64,000 nucleotides of DNA, from NCBI GenBank assembly GCA_903916195.1, contig CAIWVP010000111.1, forward strand, positions 2,530 to 66,529, in the 5' to 3' direction. This stretch comes from an uncultured Verrucomicrobiota bacterium. GTDB taxonomy: Bacteria > Verrucomicrobiota > Verrucomicrobiia > Limisphaerales > UBA9464. The translations under genes and the position numbers were made by a program. Below, piece after piece: positions 17,864-25,694 of this stretch. The notes beneath the pieces were generated by a model. It did not search any database and was not told the DNA's origin. It was given only the letters and a program-made list of their open reading frames with translations. The first letter of the stretch is position 1; every line of letters begins with the position of its first letter.

Positions 17864-18107
17864 GGAGCGCGGGCGGCCCGCCCGCAAGCCGCGTTCCCGC
17901 CATCTCGCGGTGACGATCGGTCGCTGGCAGCCCGGAGTGGTGGGCGGGTTGCCCTGCAACCCGCTCGGAGGACTGGAAAGTCCGCGTCTCCCGGCCTCGG
18001 TTTCCGGGGGGGGGGGACCGCCCGCACCGCATGACGGCGTCCGGGACCATAGGAAGGCTCCGGCACCCGCATCGATGCGGGCCGCGCGGGCGGGCCGCCC
18101 GCGCTCC
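17864..18107. repeat. MITE-like element bounded by perfect 22-bp inverted repeats, containing a G11 tract
   Basis: ggagcgcgggcggcccgcccgc (17864-17885) is the exact reverse complement of 18086-18107. Inside are the hairpin gcgggttgc-cct-gcaacccgc and 11 consecutive G at 18006-18016. Confidence 0.6.
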
Positions 18108-18187
18108 GTCCAGACCTGGGGACGCGCCGTGCCGAAATCTCCGCATGGCGCTTTGACTCGCGGTCCGGTTCCGGCGAGACCATCGGC

Positions 18188-19078
18188 ATGCTTCGCCCCT
18201 TTCCTCGTATCCGCGTGCTCCTCGCCGGGCTGTTCCTTGTGGCCTCGTCCGTCCTGGCCCAGCCGACGCCGGCATCCGACGCCGCGCCGTTCCCCGGCAC
18301 GAAGACGACCTGGTCCGGCTTCGATCGCTACGATTTCACCGTGGACGGCAAACCGGTGCTGGTCGTCGTGCCGAAGGTCGCGGCACCGGGCAAGCCGTGG
18401 GTCTGGCATGGCGAGTTTTTCGGCCACAAGCCGGCCCCGGACATCGCGCTGCTCGGCCGCGGCTTTCACATCGTCTACATGAGCTTGCCGGATATGCTCG
18501 GCGCGCCCGCCGCGGTGGCGCATTGGGAGGCGCTCCACCGCGAGCTGACGCGCCACCACGGCTTCGCCAAGAAGCCCGCGCTCGTCGGTCTGAGCCGCGG
18601 CGGACTCTACGTGTACAACTGGGCCAGCGCGCATCCGGACAAGGTCTCGTGCCTCTACGGCGACGCGCCGGTGTGCGACTTCAAGAGCTGGCCGGGCGGC
18701 AAGGGCAAGGGGCCCGGGAGCAAACGCGATTGGCAGCTGGTGATGGAACGCTACGGCTTCAAGACCGAGGCCGAGGCGCTTGCGTATCCCGGCAACCCGG
18801 TGGACCGCCTCGCGCCGCTCGCCAAGGCCAAGGTGCCGCTGCTGCACGTCTACGGCGATGCGGACGAGGTCGTGCCGTGGGATGAGAACACCGGCGTGAT
18901 CGCGGAGCGTTACCGCAAGCTCGGCGGGAGCATCACCCTCATCGCCAAACCCGGCGTGAAGCATCATCCGCACGGCCTCGAAGACTCGACGCCCATCGTG
19001 GAGTTCATCTGGGAGAACAGCGCGAACGCCAAGGCGAAGAAGGGGTACGCAAAGCAGAACACGGCGGCTCCTCGGTGA
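18188..19078 (+). CDS. Secreted alpha/beta hydrolase (esterase/peptidase-like)
   Basis: It has a signal peptide and the nucleophile elbow GLSRGG. The C-terminus YGDADEVVP...KHHPHG is typical of dienelactone hydrolase/prolyl oligopeptidase-type folds. Confidence 0.7.
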   Translation: MLRPFPRIRVLLAGLFLVASSVLAQPTPASDAAPFPGTKTTWSGFDRYDFTVDGKPVLVVVPKVAAPGKPWVWHGEFFGHKPAPDIALLGRGFHIVYMSLPDMLGAPAAVAHWEALHRELTRHHGFAKKPALVGLSRGGLYVYNWASAHPDKVSCLYGDAPVCDFKSWPGGKGKGPGSKRDWQLVMERYGFKTEAEALAYPGNPVDRLAPLAKAKVPLLHVYGDADEVVPWDENTGVIAERYRKLGGSITLIAKPGVKHHPHGLEDSTPIVEFIWENSANAKAKKGYAKQNTAAPR

Positions 19079-19166
19079 CCGGCGCCTGGAGTGGCGCTCG
19101 TGCGGCCTGCTCGCCGCGGCTTGTGCGGCCTTTGACGGACGTGTCGACGGATCCGGCCAAGACGCG

Positions 19167-20141
19167 GTGGCCGCGTCGTCGGACAGTTCGATGACACTCA
19201 TGAGCACGCTGCCACCGCGACGGGTCCAGGTCATCGATTCTCACACCGGCGGAGAGCCGACCCGAGTCGTCGTCGCCGGAGGTCCCGACCTCGGTGGCGG
19301 CACGGCGGCGGATCAGTTGAAGGTCTTCCGCGAGCAGCACGACCAGTTCCGCTCGGCGGTGGTGAACGAGCCGCGCGGTTCGGATGTGCTCGTGGGCGCG
19401 ATGCTCGTCGAGCCGGCGGACAGATCCTGCGTCGCGGGCGTGCTCTTCTTCAACAATGTCGGCGTGCTCGGCATGTGCGGGCACGGGACCATCGGGCTGG
19501 TCGTCACGCTGGCGCATCTCGGCCGCATCGGGCCCGGCGCGCACCGGATCGAGACGCCGGTGGGCGTGGTCACCGCGACGTTGCACGCCGACGGATCGGT
19601 CTCGGTCGCCAACGTGCCGAGCTTTCGCAAGGTGAAGGCCGCTCGTGTCCAGGTCCCGGGCATCGGCGATGTGGCGGGCGACGTGGCGTGGGCGGGGAAC
19701 TGGTTCTATCTCGTCGGCGAGCATCCGTGGACGCTCGACCTGAAGGACGCCGAGTTGCTCACCGATGCCGCATGGCGGATCCGGCAAGCGGTGAACGCAC
19801 AGGGCTTCCCGGAGGTGGACCACGTGGAGCTCTTCGGGCCGGCACAAGCGGGCGGCGATTCGCGCAACTTCGTCCTCTGCCCGGGGAAGGCCTACGACCG
19901 GTCGCCTTGCGGCACCGGCACGAGCGCGAAGCTGGCCTGCCTCGCGGCGGACGGGAAACTGGCCGAAGGCGCGACCTGGTCGCAGGAGAGCATCTTGGGC
20001 AGCCGGTTCACCGGATCGTTCCGCTGGCTCGACCGCGGCACCGGAACCATCGAGCCGACCATCACCGGCACGGCCTTCGTCAACAGCGAGGCCACGCTGT
20101 TGTTGGACGGGCAGGATCCGTTCTGCTGGGGGATCCGCTGA
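19167..20141 (+). CDS. Proline racemase family enzyme, Cys/Cys type (4-hydroxyproline 2-epimerase or proline racemase)
   Basis: VIDSHTGGEPTRVV is present, with the catalytic pair in GMCGHGTIG and DRSPCGTGTSAKLA. The start could instead be the ATG at 19191 or 19200. Confidence 0.85.
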   Translation: MAASSDSSMTLMSTLPPRRVQVIDSHTGGEPTRVVVAGGPDLGGGTAADQLKVFREQHDQFRSAVVNEPRGSDVLVGAMLVEPADRSCVAGVLFFNNVGVLGMCGHGTIGLVVTLAHLGRIGPGAHRIETPVGVVTATLHADGSVSVANVPSFRKVKAARVQVPGIGDVAGDVAWAGNWFYLVGEHPWTLDLKDAELLTDAAWRIRQAVNAQGFPEVDHVELFGPAQAGGDSRNFVLCPGKAYDRSPCGTGTSAKLACLAADGKLAEGATWSQESILGSRFTGSFRWLDRGTGTIEPTITGTAFVNSEATLLLDGQDPFCWGIR

Positions 20142-20320
20142 GGCGGCGAGGGCCGCGTCCGGCCAACATCCGGTAAGCCTCGGGCAAACCGCGGAGCGAC
20201 GGCTTCCGATCCGCGAAGAATCTTTGACGCCGAAGGCCGTCCGCTCCGTCGAAGCACGAGACCCGCATCGCGTGCTTGTGGGAGCGCGCGGACCGGGCTG
20301 GACTCGTGACGACATCTCGT

Positions 20321-23300
20321 ATGAAAGAACTGGCTACGTACCCCGGCACCGCGACGCGCCTGCTGTCCTCCGCCGTGATCGCGCTCGCCTTGGCCGGGCT
20401 CGCCTCGACCGTGGCCACGGCCGCGGCGACCTCCGGACCGTCGAAGATCGTCTTCAACCGCGACATCCGGCCGATCCTCTCCGAGAACTGCATGGCCTGC
20501 CACGGGCCCGACCCGGTGGCGCGCAAGGCCGGGCTCCGGCTCGACACCAAGGAGGGCCTCTACGAGGCGACCCCGAAGCGCGGTCCGGCCGTCGTGCCGG
20601 GCGACATCGCGAAGAGCGAGCTCTGGCGCCGGTTGGTGACGACCGACAAGGACGACGTCATGCCGCCGCCTGATTCGCACAAAGATCTCAAGCCGGGCGA
20701 GCGGGAGCTGGTGAAGCAATGGATCACCGAGGGCGGGGCTTGGCAGCCGCACTGGTCCTTCGTCGCGCCGGAACGGGCGGAGGTCCCGAAGGGCAAAGGG
20801 CCGAAGGTGAAAGGCAAGGGTTCCCCGGTCCGGAACCCGATCGACGGGTTCGTCGCGGCGAAGCTCGCCGAGAAGGGGCTCGCCATGAACCCCGAGGCGG
20901 ACCGCCGCACGCTCGCGCGCCGGCTGTCGCTGGATCTGACGGGCCTGCCCCCGACCCCGGCCGAGGTCGAGGCGTTCGTGTCGGACAAGTCGAAGGGCTA
21001 TTACGAGGAGTATGTGCGCCGGCTGATGGATTCCCCGCGTTGGGGCGAACATCGCGGCCGTTACTGGCTCGATGCGGCGCGCTACGCCGACACGCACGGC
21101 CTGCACTTCGACAACTACCGGGAGATGTGGCCGTACCGCGACTGGGTGATCGGCGCCTTCAACCGGAACGAGCGCTTCGACCAGTTCGTCATCGATCAGA
21201 TCGCCGGCGACCTGTTGCCCGACCCGACGACCGACCAGTTGGTGGCCACCGGATTCCACCGGTGCAACATGACCACCAACGAGGGCGGCACCATCGAGGA
21301 GGAGAACCTCTCGATCTATGCCAACGACCGGGTGACCACCACCGGATGGGTCTTCCTCGGCCTCACGGCCAATTGCGCCGCCTGCCACGACCACAAGTTC
21401 GATCCGATCACTCAGAGAGATTTCTACTCGCTCGCCGCGTTCTTCCGGAACACGAAGCAGAGCGGCTTCGACGGCAACGTGAAGGACGGCGTGAACGCCT
21501 ACATCACGGTCGTGACCGACGAGAAGGAAGCCGCGCGGTGGAAGGTGCTGCCCGGCGAGATCGAGGCCGCCAAGAAGGCCGTGGCCAAGAGCCGGGCCGA
21601 CGCGGAGCCGGCGTTCGCGGACTGGATCGCCGGCATGAAGGCCCCGGACCTCGAGCGCCAGCTGGACATCCCGGGACTCGCCTTCCGCGCTCCGCTCGCC
21701 GACGGGAAGACCAACGCTTTCGCGGCGATGGCCGGGAGCACTGTCACGACGGCGAGCCCGAAGGGTCCGGTCGGCTTGAACGGCGGCGGTCTCTTCGGAG
21801 CGGCGCCGGTGTTCGGCAAGGGCGCGACCGCGGAGTTCCCGGAGGTCGGCGTGGTCGGTGCCGGCGAGGCCTTCTCCTACGGCGCGTGGGTCTTCGTCCC
21901 GCCGGATTACAACGAGACCGCCGCCATCTTCGCGCGGATGGATCCGTCGAAGGACGGTTATCGCGGATGGGACCTGTGGATCCAGCAGGGCCAGTTCGCG
22001 ACGCATCTCGTCAGCCAGTGGCCGGACAACGCGGTCAAGGTCCGCACCCGCGAACGCGTCGCCAAGAAGGGCAAGTGGCAGCACGTCCTCGCCACCTATG
22101 ACGGGTCCGGAAAACCCGAGGGCGTGAAGATCTTCGTCGACGGCGTCGGCGTCCAGACCGAGGCCGAGAACTCGAAGGGCATCACCGGCAGCATCGCCGC
22201 GAAGGCGCCGTTCACGCTGGCACAGCGGAGCGAAGGCAGCCACTTCGACGGCGTCGCGCTCCAAGACGTCCGCATCTACTCCCGCGCGCTCGCGCCGGCC
22301 GAGGTGACCGCGCTCGCGCACGATGCGCTGCTCCGGACCTTGGTCGGCACGCCGGTCGCCGATTGGAAGCCCGAGCCGAAGCGCGAGGTCTTCGAGTACT
22401 TCCTGGCCACCCGCCATCAAACCTTCCGGGACGCGCAAACGGGCGTCGCGTCGCTCGAGAAAGAGAAGGAAGGCATCCGCCTCAAGTACCCGGTCACGCA
22501 CATCCAGATGGAGAAGCCGGATTCGAAGCCGATGGCGGCGGTCTTGGCGCGCGGCCAGTACGACAAGCCCAAGGACAAGGTCGAGGCCGATGTCCCCGCG
22601 GCGTTGAACCCGTTGCCGCCCGGCGCGCCGAGGAACCGTCTTGGTCTCGCCCGATGGCTGGTCGCGCCGGAGAACCCGCTCACCGCGCGGGTCACGGTGA
22701 ACCGCTTCTGGCAGGAGCTCTTCGGCACGGGCCTCGTGAAGACCACCGAGGACCTCGGCATCATGGGCGAGACGCCGTTGAACGCGGCGCTGCTCGATTG
22801 GCTCGCGGTGGAGTTCCGCGAGAGCGGCTGGGACGTGAAGCACCTCTTCCACCTCATGGTCACGTCCTCGGCCTACCGGCAGAGCGCCGTCGCGACCCGG
22901 GAGAAGCTGGACAAGGACCTGGCCAACCGCCTGCTCAGCCGCGGGCCGAGGTTCCGCATGGACGGCGAGATGGTCCGCGACTACGCGCTCTCGGCCAGCG
23001 GCCTGCTCGTGCCGAAGGTCGGCGGGCCGAGCGTGAAGCCCTACCAGCCGCAGGGCGTCTGGGAAGCGGTGGCGATGCCGGAGAGCAACACCAAGCGCTA
23101 CGCGCAGGACACCGGCGACGGCCTGTACCGCCGCTCCATGTACACCTTCTGGAAACGCGCCGCGCCGCCCGCCTCGATGGAGGTCTTCAACGCGCCCAGC
23201 CGGGAGGTCTCCTGCACGCGCCGCGAACGGACGAACACGCCGTTGCAGGCGCTGGCGACGATGAACGACCCGCAGTTCATCGAGGCCGCCCGCCGGCTCG

Positions 23301-23581
23301 CCGAAGCGGCCCTCGCGCAGGACGGCGGCGACACCGGCCGCGCCATCGGCACCATCGCCCAGCGGTTGCTCGCGCGGCCCCTCCGGTCGGACGAGCGCAA
23401 GGTCGTGGACGAGACGTGGGCGAAGCTCTCGGGCTTCTACGGCGCCAATCCCGACGAAGCCGCGAAGCTGGTCGGTGTCGGCGAATCCAAGGCCGGTGTC
23501 TCGGTGCCCGCCCCGCGGCTCGCCGCGATGACGATGCTGGCCAACCAGCTCATGAACCTCGACGAAGTGCTGAACAAGTGA
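20321..23581 (+). CDS. PSCyt1/PSCyt2(DUF1549)/LamG/PSD1(DUF1553) multidomain protein
   Basis: The heme-like motif CMACHGPD lies near the N-terminus. DUF1549-like RRLSLDLTGLPPT, a central LamG-like insert and DUF1553-like C-terminal blocks are present. The start is at the ATG at 20321, before a signal-like helix. Confidence 0.9.
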   Translation: MKELATYPGTATRLLSSAVIALALAGLASTVATAAATSGPSKIVFNRDIRPILSENCMACHGPDPVARKAGLRLDTKEGLYEATPKRGPAVVPGDIAKSELWRRLVTTDKDDVMPPPDSHKDLKPGERELVKQWITEGGAWQPHWSFVAPERAEVPKGKGPKVKGKGSPVRNPIDGFVAAKLAEKGLAMNPEADRRTLARRLSLDLTGLPPTPAEVEAFVSDKSKGYYEEYVRRLMDSPRWGEHRGRYWLDAARYADTHGLHFDNYREMWPYRDWVIGAFNRNERFDQFVIDQIAGDLLPDPTTDQLVATGFHRCNMTTNEGGTIEEENLSIYANDRVTTTGWVFLGLTANCAACHDHKFDPITQRDFYSLAAFFRNTKQSGFDGNVKDGVNAYITVVTDEKEAARWKVLPGEIEAAKKAVAKSRADAEPAFADWIAGMKAPDLERQLDIPGLAFRAPLADGKTNAFAAMAGSTVTTASPKGPVGLNGGGLFGAAPVFGKGATAEFPEVGVVGAGEAFSYGAWVFVPPDYNETAAIFARMDPSKDGYRGWDLWIQQGQFATHLVSQWPDNAVKVRTRERVAKKGKWQHVLATYDGSGKPEGVKIFVDGVGVQTEAENSKGITGSIAAKAPFTLAQRSEGSHFDGVALQDVRIYSRALAPAEVTALAHDALLRTLVGTPVADWKPEPKREVFEYFLATRHQTFRDAQTGVASLEKEKEGIRLKYPVTHIQMEKPDSKPMAAVLARGQYDKPKDKVEADVPAALNPLPPGAPRNRLGLARWLVAPENPLTARVTVNRFWQELFGTGLVKTTEDLGIMGETPLNAALLDWLAVEFRESGWDVKHLFHLMVTSSAYRQSAVATREKLDKDLANRLLSRGPRFRMDGEMVRDYALSASGLLVPKVGGPSVKPYQPQGVWEAVAMPESNTKRYAQDTGDGLYRRSMYTFWKRAAPPASMEVFNAPSREVSCTRRERTNTPLQALATMNDPQFIEAARRLAEAALAQDGGDTGRAIGTIAQRLLARPLRSDERKVVDETWAKLSGFYGANPDEAAKLVGVGESKAGVSVPAPRLAAMTMLANQLMNLDEVLNK

Positions 23582-24102
23582 GACCGACCGTCAGTGAACC
23601 GGTGATCGGTGAGCCGGTGGATCAGTCGGGGCAGCCGTTCGGATATGCGCGGCGGTTCCAAGAACTCGTGGCTTACCGGAAAGCCCGCGCCTTGGCACGC
23701 GAGGTCTTTGACGCATCGAAGCTGTTCCCCGCTGCTGAAGCGTTTTCGCTGACCGACCAACTGCGGCGGTCGTCCCGTTCCATCGGCGCGCAGATCGCGG
23801 AGGCGTGGGCGAAGCGGCGTTATCCCCGCCACTTCATGAGCAAGCTGACGGACGCGGACGGCGAGCAACAAGAGACACAGCACTGGCTGACCACCGCCTT
23901 CGACTGCGGTTATCTCTCGTCCGAGGAGACCCGTCGTCTTGGCGGACTATGCCTTGAGGTCGGCCGGCTGCTCGGCTCGATGATCGCCAAGGCCGGTTCA
24001 TTTTGCCAACCCGACCCCGATCAGCTTCACGAGGAAGCCCCAGCCTATCGGATAAGCGAGGAAACTGAGGCCGATAGTCCAACCTTCCTCACCGACCACT
24101 GA
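23578..24102 (+). CDS. Four-helix-bundle protein (23S rRNA intervening-sequence protein family)
   Basis: FQELVAYRKARALAREVFDASKLFP...SLTDQLRRSSRSIGAQIAEAWAKR...FMSKLTDADGEQQETQHWL is present. There is no in-frame ATG. A GTG at 23578 overlaps the upstream stop (GTGA); GTGs at 23602 and 23617 are alternatives. Confidence 0.7.
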   Translation: MRPTVSEPVIGEPVDQSGQPFGYARRFQELVAYRKARALAREVFDASKLFPAAEAFSLTDQLRRSSRSIGAQIAEAWAKRRYPRHFMSKLTDADGEQQETQHWLTTAFDCGYLSSEETRRLGGLCLEVGRLLGSMIAKAGSFCQPDPDQLHEEAPAYRISEETEADSPTFLTDH

Positions 24103-24150
24103 TCCACTGTCCACTGTCCACTGTTTCACTGTTTCACTGATCACTTCCAC
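24096..24150. repeat. Six tandem 7-8-nt CACTG-core repeats in the intergenic spacer
   Basis: ccactga tccactgt ccactgt ccactgt ttcactgt ttcactga tcacttcc lies directly upstream of the DUF1501 start codon at 24154. Confidence 0.5.
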
Positions 24151-24153
24151 CTT

Positions 24154-25641
24154 ATGAGCCCGCTCACCGACCGCCGCATCCTGGAGACGCGCCGCCAGTT
24201 CTTCACCCGCGGCAAGAACGTGCTGGGCTATGCCGCGCTGACGTCGCTGCTCGGCAGCCGGTCCGGCTCGCTCGCCGCGGCCGTCGCCGAAGGATCCGCC
24301 GCCAGGCCCGTCCTGCCGAATCCGCTCGGCCTGCCCCACTTCGCGCCCAAGGCGAAGCGCGTGATCTATCTGCACATGGTCGGCGGACCCTCCCAGATGG
24401 ACCTCTGGGACCCGAAGCCGCAGATGGACGCCTGGTACGACAAGGACCTCCCGGAATCCATCCGCCAAGGCCAGCGTCTCACGACGATGACGTCCGGGCA
24501 GTCGCGGTTCCCCATCGCGCCGTCGAAGTTCAGGTTCACCCGCGCCGGCAAGAGCGGCGTGCTCATGAACGCCGAGCTCATGCCCCACACCGCCAAGGTC
24601 GTGGACGACCTCTGCCTCATCCGCTCGATGCATACCGAGGCGATCAACCATGAACCGGCCATCTGCGCGATGCAGACCGGCAACATGAACGCCGGCCGTC
24701 CGTGCATCGGCTCGTGGGTCAGCTACGGCCTCGGCACGATGAACGAGAACCTGCCGACCTTCGTGGTTCTTGTCGCCGAGCCGACCAACAAGGAGCAGAT
24801 CCAGGCCATCAGCGGTCGCCTTTGGTCGAGCGGGTTCCTCTCCGGCGAGCACGCCGGCGTCTCGTTCCGGAGCGGCGGCGACCCGATCCTCTACATCAGC
24901 AACCCGCCCGGCGTGCCGTCCGATCTCCGGCGCGCCCAGCTCGACGGCCTCCAACGGCTGAACGAGATGACCTACAAAGCCATCGGTGATCCGGAGACGC
25001 ACACCCGGATCCAGCAGTTCGAGATGGCCTTCCGCATGCAGTCCAGCGTGCCCGAGCTCACCGACATCAAGGGCGAACCGGCATCCACCTACGAGCTCTA
25101 CGGCGAAGAGGCGAAGAAGCCCGGCAGCTTCGCCTACACGGCCTTGATGGCGCGGCGCCTCGTCGAGCGCGGCGTGCGCTTCGTGCAGGTGTACCTCAAC
25201 AACTGGGACCACCACGGCAACGTCGCCGGCCGCCTGCCCGCGCAGTGCAAGGACGTCGACCAGCCCATCGCCGGCCTGATCAAGGACCTCAAGTCGCGCG
25301 GCATGTTCGACGACACCCTCATCGTCTGGGGCGGCGAGTTCGGCCGCACCATCTACAGCCAGGGCGGGCTCTCCCACGAGAACTACGGCCGCGACCACCA
25401 TCCGCGTTGCTTCTCGATGTGGATGGCCGGCGGCGGCACCAAGGGCGGCGTGGTCCACGGCGAGACCGACGACTTCTCCTACAACATCGTGAAGGACCCG
25501 GTCCACGTCCGCGACTTCCACGCCACCTTGCTGCACCTGCTCGGCATCAACCACGAGCGGTTCGCCTACAAATACCAAGGCCTCGACATGCGGCTCACCG
25601 GCGTCGAGAAGACCGAGGTGGTGAAAGCGCTGCTGGCGTAG
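24154..25641 (+). CDS. DUF1501 domain-containing protein (sulfatase-fold, Tat-type signal)
   Basis: Twin-arginine motif TRRQFFTRG. It has conserved DUF1501 blocks (DHH..., GGEFGRT, GRDHHP) and is the usual partner of DUF1553 proteins. Confidence 0.9.
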   Translation: MSPLTDRRILETRRQFFTRGKNVLGYAALTSLLGSRSGSLAAAVAEGSAARPVLPNPLGLPHFAPKAKRVIYLHMVGGPSQMDLWDPKPQMDAWYDKDLPESIRQGQRLTTMTSGQSRFPIAPSKFRFTRAGKSGVLMNAELMPHTAKVVDDLCLIRSMHTEAINHEPAICAMQTGNMNAGRPCIGSWVSYGLGTMNENLPTFVVLVAEPTNKEQIQAISGRLWSSGFLSGEHAGVSFRSGGDPILYISNPPGVPSDLRRAQLDGLQRLNEMTYKAIGDPETHTRIQQFEMAFRMQSSVPELTDIKGEPASTYELYGEEAKKPGSFAYTALMARRLVERGVRFVQVYLNNWDHHGNVAGRLPAQCKDVDQPIAGLIKDLKSRGMFDDTLIVWGGEFGRTIYSQGGLSHENYGRDHHPRCFSMWMAGGGTKGGVVHGETDDFSYNIVKDPVHVRDFHATLLHLLGINHERFAYKYQGLDMRLTGVEKTEVVKALLA

Positions 25642-25694
25642 CAGCTCCCGAAGAAGTCCAAGGTCTGGAGGCGACGGGGCGACGCCGGATGCGG

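Noticed and set aside
19892-22852. 986-aa minus-strand ORF, and similar very long ORFs at 131-1432(-), 262-1326(+), 1396-2484(+), 2343-3932(-), 16125-18275(-), 23998-26337(-), 36355-39459(-), 45210-47858(+), 54478-56928(+) and 28742-29926(-)
   Set aside because: All lie antisense to or out of frame with CDSs that carry clear family motifs. Their translations are Arg/Ala/Gly/Pro/His-rich low-complexity strings with no motifs. This is the usual stop-codon-poor artefact of high-GC DNA.
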